Made by a program: the position numbers and the translations under genes. From positions 37,395 through 101,394 of the IMG/VR virus record IMGVR_UViG_3300028920_000050: a DNA stretch of 64,000 bases, one strand, 5' to 3'. Under the pieces are notes generated by a model. It made no database searches and was not told the DNA's origin. It saw only the letters and a program-made list of their open reading frames with translations. Shown piece after piece: positions 56,325 to 64,000 of this stretch. Positions within the stretch are counted from its first letter, which is position 1, and every line of letters starts with the position of its first letter. The DNA is from a virus.

Positions 56325-58865
56325 TTAATACCCAAAATGCCTTAAAATGCCCTCATGTAGGCTACCAAGGATCTCATTTTTAGTCTTTTTTACCAGAAAA
56401 TCAAATGTCTCTGAAAACACTTCTTTAAAATAAGTATGATCTTTTACAAAGGTTCCCATTATAACTCTCATCTGCTCGCCTGTACTTTTAGCAGAATAAA
56501 ATCTTGTAGCTATTTTTTTAAGCTTAGGTGTCGGACGTAACTGCATTGTATCCTTAAGTTTTGTCTTGAATAACTTAACAGTCTCCTGTTTACCGGCAAG
56601 TTTAAGGTGATTACCTATACGTGCCACTCTTTGAATATTATCACCAACAGCATCAGCAATCTGATCAGAAAGTAAACCATAAACATCCTGCGGCTTAAAT
56701 CCTGGCTGAGCCAGCCAATACTCAATATTCTTTGTATAGATAATTATGTCTCCGGGTCCAGACAATATTGTCTGTGGCTTTCCTTTTACAAATACACGAT
56801 ACCTATATGTATGTCTACGCAGTTTAACCATCTGCTTAGACACTCTTCTCCGCCCTGCCGGTCCTGTACGTAGTACTGTCCTGCTATTCATCCACCCATC
56901 AATAGTATCTCCTGCTGGTGTTTTATTAGCACTGTCTGAAAGTACTGATGTAAAATCATTTACCATGTGCCTTGAAGCAAGTCCATGCTCATCAATTATT
57001 CCTCCGCTTTTTGATTTCTCAAGTATATATCTGTAAGCAATAAGCTTTCGCTTCCTGTCAAGTGTTATAGCATCCTTTACACCTAACAAACTCTCAATCT
57101 TAATAAGCTTATCTTTTATTGTAAGCTCAAGCTTCTCTGAAAGAGATTTAGACTCTATAAGCCTTCCCCTCTTATCTCGCTTGTCAAAAACATAATCACC
57201 GTACACAGCTACAAGTGTATGCCTGATCTTTTTTCTAAGCTCTCTTCGTTCCAGTTCTTCTGGTGTATATTCTGGAGGTCTAGTAGGTTCTACATCAGGT
57301 GCGCGTGGCACGTATGGTTTTTGTATTTCAATATTATTCTCTTCAATAATATCCCGCAAATCAATAGAGGATATAACACACCATCCGTTCTTGTGATCGC
57401 GGGGAGTATGCATCGGTAAATATATGTTTTTAAATAACTCAGCAGGTACTCCTGCTTCTATAATATCTTTAATGATCTGCTCTATTGTAAAAAATACTGG
57501 AAGCCTAAGCTCTCCTCCTCTCGGATTATTAAATGATTTTAATGTCCTATTCCTCCCTGGCTTTTCTTTATTATAAACTGCTGCTTCAGCTTCATATACA
57601 GAAGAGGGTATAGCTCCCGGATCATACATATCCTCTGTCGGTGTATCTTCATTGTATGATAAGAAAGGATGCCCTTCCTCACTTACAAAAAACTGACCAG
57701 AGTAAACATCACATATATCAAATGGCCTATTCTTGCTCTCAAGCCACTCAAAGTGAGCATCGTAACTCATATCATATTTCATTAAAAGAAAGGGGGAGTC
57801 TGTATTATGAAACCAGTTTCTGAACATGTTACTATTTATACCACCGCTACCCATCATGTCTATGAAGTTATTAAAAGTGGTATCACTCATAGGTTTACCT
57901 GTAGCGTAATTCTCTGGAACAACTACATCCTTAACACTGTGTATTGCTTCATCAGAGAAGTACTTGAAGTCCTCTGCATAAGCACGTTCTGTTACCTTAG
58001 ATATACTATCTCTTAATTCAGGATCAGTTCTGTCTAATATTAAATCAAGAACACTATTAAAAGCTTTTATAGTTCCCTTTCTTATTAAACCAGTAATACC
58101 ACTTGCAATAAACTGATTAAACCTAAGGAGCCTTCTCTGCCCCTCAGTGAGTTCAAGCTCCCGCCCGCCCTCAGTAAGTGTTCTTGTTGAATATCCTTCA
58201 TGCCCATTTATTATTTTATCTATACGATCTTTAATATCAGAATAACTCTCATCATTAACATAGTCTCCTACCTCAAGACCCCGCATAGCACTTTGTATAA
58301 AATCGTCACTTAATCCTGCGTCTCTCATTTCTTTATAGTACTCATTCTTTACATCACTTACATACTTACCTGTAATAAGAGACCATAACTGCTTTCTTGT
58401 TTTATTATTTAAAGGAAGATTTCTCGGCCTGTACTTTCTCTCATCAAGTTCATGATAGCTTGGTGCTGAAGTTGTTAATGCTAATTTTTGTCCAGCCATC
58501 CCCTTAGTTATAACAGGAACTCGTGGTATAGGTCTCTTAAGCTCCTGTCCAGATCCACTTCTGGATACTGTTTGCATCATGCTATTACCAAAGCCAATCT
58601 GCATAGTATCTTCAAAGTACTGCTGTTCTTTTTTAGTAGCCAATTCACCTGTGCGTGGCTTTACTCCCTCTGCACGAGCGAGTACCCACCTTTTAAACCT
58701 AGTTCTTTCTTGCGGTGAAGTTGAGTAACCTTGAGCGGCCAGATCTGCAAACTCTTCTACTAGATCTTTCCGTCTGTTTTTTAGATATTTTTTGACTTTA
58801 TTATTTACTGATCTTGATGTATTAAATACATCAATAAACTTGCTCAGATACTGATCTTGGCTCAT
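56325..58865 (-). CDS. Extended minor head protein (MuF-like position)
   Basis: 846 aa between portal and scaffold; DICDVY...G and PMHTP...NGWC reminiscent of MuF C-terminal motif. Confidence 0.55.
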   Translation of the reverse strand: MSQDQYLSKFIDVFNTSRSVNNKVKKYLKNRRKDLVEEFADLAAQGYSTSPQERTRFKRWVLARAEGVKPRTGELATKKEQQYFEDTMQIGFGNSMMQTVSRSGSGQELKRPIPRVPVITKGMAGQKLALTTSAPSYHELDERKYRPRNLPLNNKTRKQLWSLITGKYVSDVKNEYYKEMRDAGLSDDFIQSAMRGLEVGDYVNDESYSDIKDRIDKIINGHEGYSTRTLTEGGRELELTEGQRRLLRFNQFIASGITGLIRKGTIKAFNSVLDLILDRTDPELRDSISKVTERAYAEDFKYFSDEAIHSVKDVVVPENYATGKPMSDTTFNNFIDMMGSGGINSNMFRNWFHNTDSPFLLMKYDMSYDAHFEWLESKNRPFDICDVYSGQFFVSEEGHPFLSYNEDTPTEDMYDPGAIPSSVYEAEAAVYNKEKPGRNRTLKSFNNPRGGELRLPVFFTIEQIIKDIIEAGVPAELFKNIYLPMHTPRDHKNGWCVISSIDLRDIIEENNIEIQKPYVPRAPDVEPTRPPEYTPEELERRELRKKIRHTLVAVYGDYVFDKRDKRGRLIESKSLSEKLELTIKDKLIKIESLLGVKDAITLDRKRKLIAYRYILEKSKSGGIIDEHGLASRHMVNDFTSVLSDSANKTPAGDTIDGWMNSRTVLRTGPAGRRRVSKQMVKLRRHTYRYRVFVKGKPQTILSGPGDIIIYTKNIEYWLAQPGFKPQDVYGLLSDQIADAVGDNIQRVARIGNHLKLAGKQETVKLFKTKLKDTMQLRPTPKLKKIATRFYSAKSTGEQMRVIMGTFVKDHTYFKEVFSETFDFLVKKTKNEILGSLHEGILRHFGY

Positions 58866-58868
58866 TCA

Positions 58869-60740
58869 TTATTCTTCGTTAGCACCTAGTTTGGCATCTG
58901 CCTGTTTATCTACACCACCATCTTGTGATTGATTTGTAACCTGTGTAGCAGGAGTAGAACCTCCTCCACTAGAACCAGGAGGTACATTGTCAAACCCACC
59001 ATCCATAGGAGGCTCAAGTATAGCGTTCTTCTTAGAGTCATGCATAGCTTTACGAAGTTCATCACGTTCTATTTGAGCAAGATATCCATCAGGATCTGAT
59101 ACCTCAAGTTTCTTAAGAGCGTCACGATCAGTTATAAGAGACAAGTCTTTACGATCACGTATATTACCTATCTCTGTGTACTCATCTTTCGGAAGAGAAT
59201 AAGCAATACCAATATCCATGTCCTCAACCCAACGAGCATAGATACCTTCCTTCATAAACTTAAAGTAATCGAACACACCTGTTTCATTCTTTGTCTGAAC
59301 AATGTCCACCTTAAGTACAAGTGCAGCCATAAGCTTTGAGAACTTATCTACAGGAAATGCTTCAGGATCTTTTCGTGCCTTATCAAGGGCTTCCTTTAAA
59401 TCTTTAACTCCCAGGTCAGCTCCTATGTTATCTATGGTCTTGTCAACATGAATAAAAAGACCATTATACAGAAAGCCATAGCATATAATTATACGATTAA
59501 GTTTTTTAAATCCTTCTATATAATTATCCTTGCACATATCTGTGGCCCGAATAAGAGAATAATATTCTGTGTGAAGGGCGGAACCTGATGTATTTGAAAT
59601 GGCACTTTCAGTCCCACCAAGGGATCTTGCATGCACACCAGTAGCTTCATGCAGTGCCTGTTTTATTAATTCAAGAAACTTTGTAGCTGCCGGCAGATCA
59701 GTATCGAGAGTAACATGCTTCAGATCTGCACCTTTAGGAATAGCATAAGTTTTGTCTGGACCCACCACCATTGACTTAAGAGAAGCTCCTGTCAAAACTG
59801 TCATTGGTGAAGCGAAGTACCTTACAATACCACGTATATCGCGAACAATATCGTTGTAAATAAAATTAAGATTATATGATTTCTGAACGTCAGACTCTCC
59901 GAAGTCGCTGTTCTTTACCTCAGAGTTGACAATATGAGCAATAGGTATATAACCAAGATAGTTCGGAGCGGGGTATCCCATTACAAGTTTATCATCCTTG
60001 TAAACAGCTACTGTGGTTTTTGTCCACACTTCCCGCAACGTGAACGAATTACCATCATCAGTAACACCGTCCATGAATACTTCACACTTAACCATCTCCT
60101 TCCTTGGAGTGTAAGCATAGGTTGGGAATACACGCTTCTCATCAAGAACGAGTATCTCCATTTTAAGATTGGCAGGATCGAAACTATCAGTTAAAACATA
60201 AGCCCCTTCATCAACAACCTTGTCCTGGCTCTCATCGAGAACAAGATGAAGCTTCTCTATCTCTGATGTTTCCTGTGAGATAGCCGCTGTATCATCAGCA
60301 ACTCCTTCACTTTCAAACTTATTATCCTTGGTAACTTCTCTGCCTACAGTATCCACATAAGGGATCACTTTTATAAAGGCATCACCAGCTACCTTACCTG
60401 TACGGACGATCTCCTTAGCCTTCTTGTCACGGCCATTGAGTTCCCATACTTTGTTTACAAAATCTTGGAGGGTTTGGTTGTAAGGAATATAGGGCTTGAT
60501 GCCCTTGCCAACCATGAAGTGAACCAGAGCGTCAATGAACACTCTGTTATAATTGATGTCAGCCGTTATAAGTCTGCCGTCATTTTTGTCCTGCAAATTA
60601 TCGGCCTTCGTTCTATAGGCTATCCAGAACTTACGGTAGTTATTAACTCGCTCAGTGTGCTGCTTCTCAACATCAAGGTCTGTAACCTTAAACTGTAGAG
60701 CATACCTTTTATAGAACTCATTAGCTGTGTTAACTGCCAT
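58869..60740 (-). CDS. Portal protein (SPP1 gp6-like)
   Basis: INYNRVFID..VHFMVGKG, GDAFIKV, N.LGYIPIAHI.N...FGESD, SNTSGSAL. Confidence 0.92.
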   Translation of the reverse strand: MAVNTANEFYKRYALQFKVTDLDVEKQHTERVNNYRKFWIAYRTKADNLQDKNDGRLITADINYNRVFIDALVHFMVGKGIKPYIPYNQTLQDFVNKVWELNGRDKKAKEIVRTGKVAGDAFIKVIPYVDTVGREVTKDNKFESEGVADDTAAISQETSEIEKLHLVLDESQDKVVDEGAYVLTDSFDPANLKMEILVLDEKRVFPTYAYTPRKEMVKCEVFMDGVTDDGNSFTLREVWTKTTVAVYKDDKLVMGYPAPNYLGYIPIAHIVNSEVKNSDFGESDVQKSYNLNFIYNDIVRDIRGIVRYFASPMTVLTGASLKSMVVGPDKTYAIPKGADLKHVTLDTDLPAATKFLELIKQALHEATGVHARSLGGTESAISNTSGSALHTEYYSLIRATDMCKDNYIEGFKKLNRIIICYGFLYNGLFIHVDKTIDNIGADLGVKDLKEALDKARKDPEAFPVDKFSKLMAALVLKVDIVQTKNETGVFDYFKFMKEGIYARWVEDMDIGIAYSLPKDEYTEIGNIRDRKDLSLITDRDALKKLEVSDPDGYLAQIERDELRKAMHDSKKNAILEPPMDGGFDNVPPGSSGGGSTPATQVTNQSQDGGVDKQADAKLGANEE

Positions 60741-61191
60741 TCCCTCCTCCCTTTTTTCCGCCTAAAAGGGTCTCAAGGATGGTTTGTCCTGGCCCAGGGG
60801 TATCACCCCCTTCTCTTTTAATAGTAACAACTTCTTTATTTGTAGACAAGTCCTTGATCACCTTAGCCAGTTTAAATATATTCTCTGCCTGTTGTGTGAC
60901 ATTTTTATCATGAGATCCACCAGATAGTTCTTCAAAGGTAGTGCCCCGCATGTACCTTTCCATTTCTTTCTGCATAATAGCAAGTAAAGCAGGGGCTAGG
61001 TCTTTTACCTTCTCAATGGCGGGACCATTAGCTAATTGACACTTTTGCCCTGACTTCTTAAGTGAACACTGCTCATTATAATCACAGTTATCACATACAA
61101 GTGCATTGTCAATATAAACAGCAACTTTATTGCTGCCATTATCAACAACTACTTGCTTGCCGGCATTTTCTTTCTTCTTGCCTTTAGCCAT
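60730..61191 (-). CDS. Cys-cluster protein upstream of portal (possible small terminase-like)
   Basis: CDNC..C..C plus helical EELSGG.D region; function inferred only from position. Confidence 0.45.
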   Translation of the reverse strand: MAKGKKKENAGKQVVVDNGSNKVAVYIDNALVCDNCDYNEQCSLKKSGQKCQLANGPAIEKVKDLAPALLAIMQKEMERYMRGTTFEELSGGSHDKNVTQQAENIFKLAKVIKDLSTNKEVVTIKREGGDTPGPGQTILETLLGGKKGGGNGS

Positions 61192-61208
61192 AATGTAAGA
61201 TATTACAT

Positions 61209-61517
61209 TTAGACTTTCGATAAAGTAAAAACCGTAACGCTTACTTCCTTCTGCTGGATCTGCTTTGTCTTGTAACCAAGATCGATTCCTACACGATAGT
61301 TGTCTGCGAAAATTAATCTTTTTACTTCAATGATTGTCTTGACTGCTTGTGACACTGGCAAAACACCGATTGCATGGAGTTCTACCTTCTTTACATCCTG
61401 GGTATAAAGATGACGTATCCCGGAGGCCGCCTTCTTATGAGAAGTACCCTTGGCTATAAAATAAACAGCTACACCATCAACTATTTTTACGTCTTGCTTT
61501 TGCTTCGTTTCTTCCAC
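61209..61517 (-). CDS. spoVS: SpoVS-family protein (Alba-like fold)
   Basis: AxGI......VELHAIGxxPVSQAVKTI matches SpoVS EIQAIGAGALNQAVKAV pattern. Confidence 0.8.
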   Translation of the reverse strand: MEETKQKQDVKIVDGVAVYFIAKGTSHKKAASGIRHLYTQDVKKVELHAIGVLPVSQAVKTIIEVKRLIFADNYRVGIDLGYKTKQIQQKEVSVTVFTLSKV

Positions 61518-62086
61518 TCGTTATCCTCTTTTTTAATTAATGCCTCAATCACTTCACGCTGATACGTAAAGTGCTTACTTTTTACATTGTTTCTTATATT
61601 ATAATACAATAAGGCTATATTTGCAAGGATAAAAGCATCTGCTTCATCGTCATTATTGATGTCTAAACAGTATTTTTTATAGATCTCCCGGATTATTATG
61701 GTTTTCGCCTCTTTTCCCTTGGCTTTTTTCATGAGTTGAGGACCAAGTATAAACTTCTTGAGCTGGATCGGAACAGGCTCTATAATAACAGAAGGAGTAA
61801 ACGAATATATCTTAAATCGTATATGACTACCAATTTCCACAAGCTGAGCAAGCTTACCCTTAGATGCAAAAGAATAAGCCTCAATAGCCGTACACATAAT
61901 AATATTTTTACCAAGAGCAGCTAATACTTCTTTGCCTACATTCTTTATACGTAGCATCCTTCCACTAACATCATTACCTATATTCTCTGACGTTATATGT
62001 GTTATAATACAAACTTTCCCCTTCTCGTTAATGACACAGACACCTGTACTAGTAAGAGATATATCAAGTCCTAAAAAGTATTTCAT
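61487..62086 (-). CDS. ruvC: RuvC-like Holliday junction resolvase
   Basis: GLDISLTSTG, IEAYSF, LKKF..G, NDDEADAFILA catalytic acidic residues. Confidence 0.9.
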   Translation of the reverse strand: MKYFLGLDISLTSTGVCVINEKGKVCIITHITSENIGNDVSGRMLRIKNVGKEVLAALGKNIIMCTAIEAYSFASKGKLAQLVEIGSHIRFKIYSFTPSVIIEPVPIQLKKFILGPQLMKKAKGKEAKTIIIREIYKKYCLDINNDDEADAFILANIALLYYNIRNNVKSKHFTYQREVIEALIKKEDNEWKKRSKSKT

Positions 62087-62110
62087 CAGTTACTCCACTT
62101 ATTTCTATCT

Positions 62111-62245
62111 TCATTTCTTCCTCCTTTTTCTGCGTATTAAAATAATAACTACAGCCCAAAAACCCCCACCTATAATAGTAAGGCCCAAACTATAAATTAT
62201 AAAAAAAGATATTACACTAAGAGAATATTCTCCATCTGGTATCAT
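62111..62245 (-). CDS. Small TM protein (44 aa), absent from ORF track
   Basis: Manual translation MIPDGEYSLSVISFFIIYSLGLTIIGGGFWAVVIILIRRKRRKK; ATGA overlap. Confidence 0.55.
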   Translation of the reverse strand: MIPDGEYSLSVISFFIIYSLGLTIIGGGFWAVVIILIRRKRRKK

Positions 62246-62535
62246 ATTTTTTTCCTAACTTTACCTCTAAAATAAAACCCGCAAGCAATCAAAAGAACAT
62301 TCTTAAAAATATCCCTGAAACCTTCCGGGTGTATTACAGTTAAAAGACACAGAGTAAATATCATCATGATCCATGTAATATCTACTATAGTCTCTGTATC
62401 AAAAACTTCCCTTACTATTAAAGTAATTATCTTATGAAAAAACTTACCCGTCCTCTCTGTTAATCTTCTTCGTCTGTTCCGGGGTCGCTTTGACAATAAG
62501 TTTCTCTTTCGCTTTACCTTTGAGGTCTGTTTCAA
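62242..62535 (-). CDS. Small membrane protein (start uncertain)
   Basis: Two hydrophobic segments in C-terminal half. Confidence 0.45.
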   Translation of the reverse strand: MKQTSKVKRKRNLLSKRPRNRRRRLTERTGKFFHKIITLIVREVFDTETIVDITWIMMIFTLCLLTVIHPEGFRDIFKNVLLIACGFYFRGKVRKKI

Positions 62536-62863
62536 TTATAACTACCTCCCCACTTATTCTCACAACCTTCATTATCTTTCCGGTTTTATCCGTATAAAAA
62601 GGTGTGGTGACAGGTCGCCCGAAAAGACCACAATCATTCAAGGCAGCGATCTCAAGCCACCCCTCTTTGGCATTTGCCTTTATGACATTACGAGCAAACC
62701 TTGCATTAAAAAAAGGAAGCCCAATGGGGTCATCAGGCTTCCTGTCCATAAAACTACACAGCTCTAACTGTTTGTAGTTCTCACGATTAACGTACAGTTC
62801 TACAAGTTCACTTGCTTTGTATTCCTGCATATTGTTACTATTGGCTTTGTTAGCTTGATCCAT
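62444..62863 (-). CDS. Hypothetical protein
   Basis: 139 aa, AAGGA SD. Confidence 0.7.
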   Translation of the reverse strand: MDQANKANSNNMQEYKASELVELYVNRENYKQLELCSFMDRKPDDPIGLPFFNARFARNVIKANAKEGWLEIAALNDCGLFGRPVTTPFYTDKTGKIMKVVRISGEVVIIETDLKGKAKEKLIVKATPEQTKKINREDG

Positions 62864-62877
62864 AAAATTATCCTTTA

Positions 62878-63012
62878 TTATAGTTTATATTTAAGTAGTC
62901 CCCACACGACCATCAGTATAAGCAAAACAGTAATGACTACAACTGAGCCAAAAACTATCTTACCTAACGGAGTGAACATGTGGTCGAACCATTTACGTAT
63001 CCTTCTTAACAT
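62878..63012 (-). CDS. Small TM protein (44 aa), absent from ORF track
   Basis: Manual translation MLRRIRKWFDHMFTPLGKIVFGSVVVITVLLILMVVWGLLKYKL; GGAGG SD. Confidence 0.6.
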   Translation of the reverse strand: MLRRIRKWFDHMFTPLGKIVFGSVVVITVLLILMVVWGLLKYKL

Positions 63013-63027
63013 TATTCCCTCCCGGTT

Positions 63028-63204
63028 TTATTTTTCTACTAAGAAATACTTTCCGTCTTTATGCATGTGAGTACAATTACAATAACACCCCATTTTAAGA
63101 TAAAATATAATAGAGTCTAGGTTCCCATCAGAAAACGGATAACCATTTTCCTTCATGTGCTGTGCCACACACTCCTTTAGTGTCTTACCTTTATATACTT
63201 TCAT
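63028..63204 (-). CDS. Small protein (58 aa, MKVYKGKTLKEC...), absent from ORF track
   Basis: Manual translation; ATG directly follows a palindrome copy. Confidence 0.55.
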   Translation of the reverse strand: MKVYKGKTLKECVAQHMKENGYPFSDGNLDSIIFYLKMGCYCNCTHMHKDGKYFLVEK

Positions 63205-63222
63205 AATGTAAGATCTTACAAT

Positions 63223-63795
63223 TTAATAAGTAGAGTGCTTACGCATACTGTGCTTCTCATAACCTTGACGGCGGGTTATCTCACGTGACAGGGCATCTAC
63301 TTTTTTCAGAACACCCGCACATATAGATCTAAGAAGATGTGCTTTAGTGTGCGCCTTACCTTTCTCCAGAAGCGCCCTGGTCGTTTCCCGATGGGTCTTG
63401 GCCGCGGCATCCCGATCTTCCCTGGATGTAAGACCTTGTATAATGTCCTCAATAAGAATGACGGAAAAGGTATGATCGTAAATAATTTCATTATTTACCT
63501 CCTCTATTTCAGCTATTGCCAACTCATAAGCAAGCCAGCTATAATACTCAACAAACTCAGCATACTTCTTTCCAAGTGCCGGCCCCTCAAGCCTAGTTAT
63601 ATCCCCTAACTTAAGGTCCACCTTAGTAGGTGGCTTGGGTACAGCAATATGACTCTTAGCAATATCAGCCTGTGCCTGCTTGGTGTCCCCGAACTTTTTA
63701 AGCTTGGAAACTACCTCCTTCTTTGTAAGGATCTCTTTTGACTTCTTAAGATCCCCCAGTGCTTGCAACCTTGTTTCAGACGTTTTTGTTGGCAT
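63223..63795 (-). CDS. Helical hypothetical protein (weakly UvsY-like)
   Basis: 190 aa, AGGAG SD, C-terminal LSREITRR; function speculative. Confidence 0.6.
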   Translation of the reverse strand: MPTKTSETRLQALGDLKKSKEILTKKEVVSKLKKFGDTKQAQADIAKSHIAVPKPPTKVDLKLGDITRLEGPALGKKYAEFVEYYSWLAYELAIAEIEEVNNEIIYDHTFSVILIEDIIQGLTSREDRDAAAKTHRETTRALLEKGKAHTKAHLLRSICAGVLKKVDALSREITRRQGYEKHSMRKHSTY

Positions 63796-64000
63796 CGTTT
63801 TGTTCTCCTGTAATTACTTTTACTATCTTCCAAAGAGTAGGACCGAATATAAATAAAAATAATAAATATAGTCCTCCGCTAAACAGTAACACTAAAATCA
63901 TATCAATATAATCACGAATAAATAGTCTTAATTCTAATGACATTTCTTCCTCTTTATTTTATACTTTTTAATAAAATAAACTATAATAACAACCACCATC

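Larger units (their letters stand above)
946..63220. repeat. Dispersed palindrome TGTAA-N4-TTACA (consensus AATGTAAGATCTTACATT), about 20 copies
   Basis: Copies start at 946 (1 mismatch), 2110, 2153 (1 mismatch), 3452, 3570, 3938, 3960, 4924, 4957 (N2), 5052 (N2), 5506, 7652, 9781, 16934, 26282, 36215, 42755, 54345, 61194, 63207. Confidence 0.95.
1..64000 (-). mobile_element. Large myovirus (contractile-tail bacteriophage) genome segment
   Basis: Co-oriented portal, scaffold, MCP, sheath, tube, tape measure, baseplate, fibre, endolysin and terminase genes; no host housekeeping genes or integrase seen in the window. Confidence 0.97.

Noticed and set aside
360-63609. Plus-strand ORFs in the track (e.g. 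29081..29893, 44838..45263)
   Set aside because: They lie antisense to well-supported minus-strand genes and lack recognisable motifs; treated as shadow ORFs
1-64000. Alternative genetic code or stop-codon recoding
   Set aside because: Hallmark genes are full-length in standard code with high coding density

Overview
A 64 kb segment of a large, apparently uncharacterised contractile-tailed dsDNA phage (myovirus). Essentially all genes are on the minus strand in standard code. Transcription runs right to left through these blocks: (1) RuvC and SpoVS-like genes; (2) head module (portal, extended MuF-like protein, scaffold, major capsid protein) with an embedded GT9 glycosyltransferase; (3) neck, sheath, tube, frameshifting tail chaperone and tape measure; (4) baseplate and fibres, interrupted by a lysis cassette (patatin, TM coiled-coil, GH108 endolysin); (5) a displaced large terminase; (6) a glycan-modification cassette (2 methyltransferases, B12 radical SAM, 2 KpsS/KpsC-like transferases); (7) an array of very basic proteins sharing an N-terminal 'G-x-T-K-x-V/I-x-G-x-x-Y-x-L-x4-5-R-W' module; (8) about 1 kb of non-coding, repeat-rich DNA; (9) a probable early region with structured intergenic segments. 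Three signals stand out. First, about 20 copies of a palindrome TGTAA-N4-TTACA (consensus AATGTAAGATCTTACATT) sit almost only at gene junctions, promoters and hairpin cores. Second, the shared-motif cationic/glycine-zipper protein family is a candidate capsid-targeted cargo system. Third, a Kdo/heptose-type glycosylation toolkit is linked to virion genes. All functional calls come from motif recognition and synteny only; no database searches were run.
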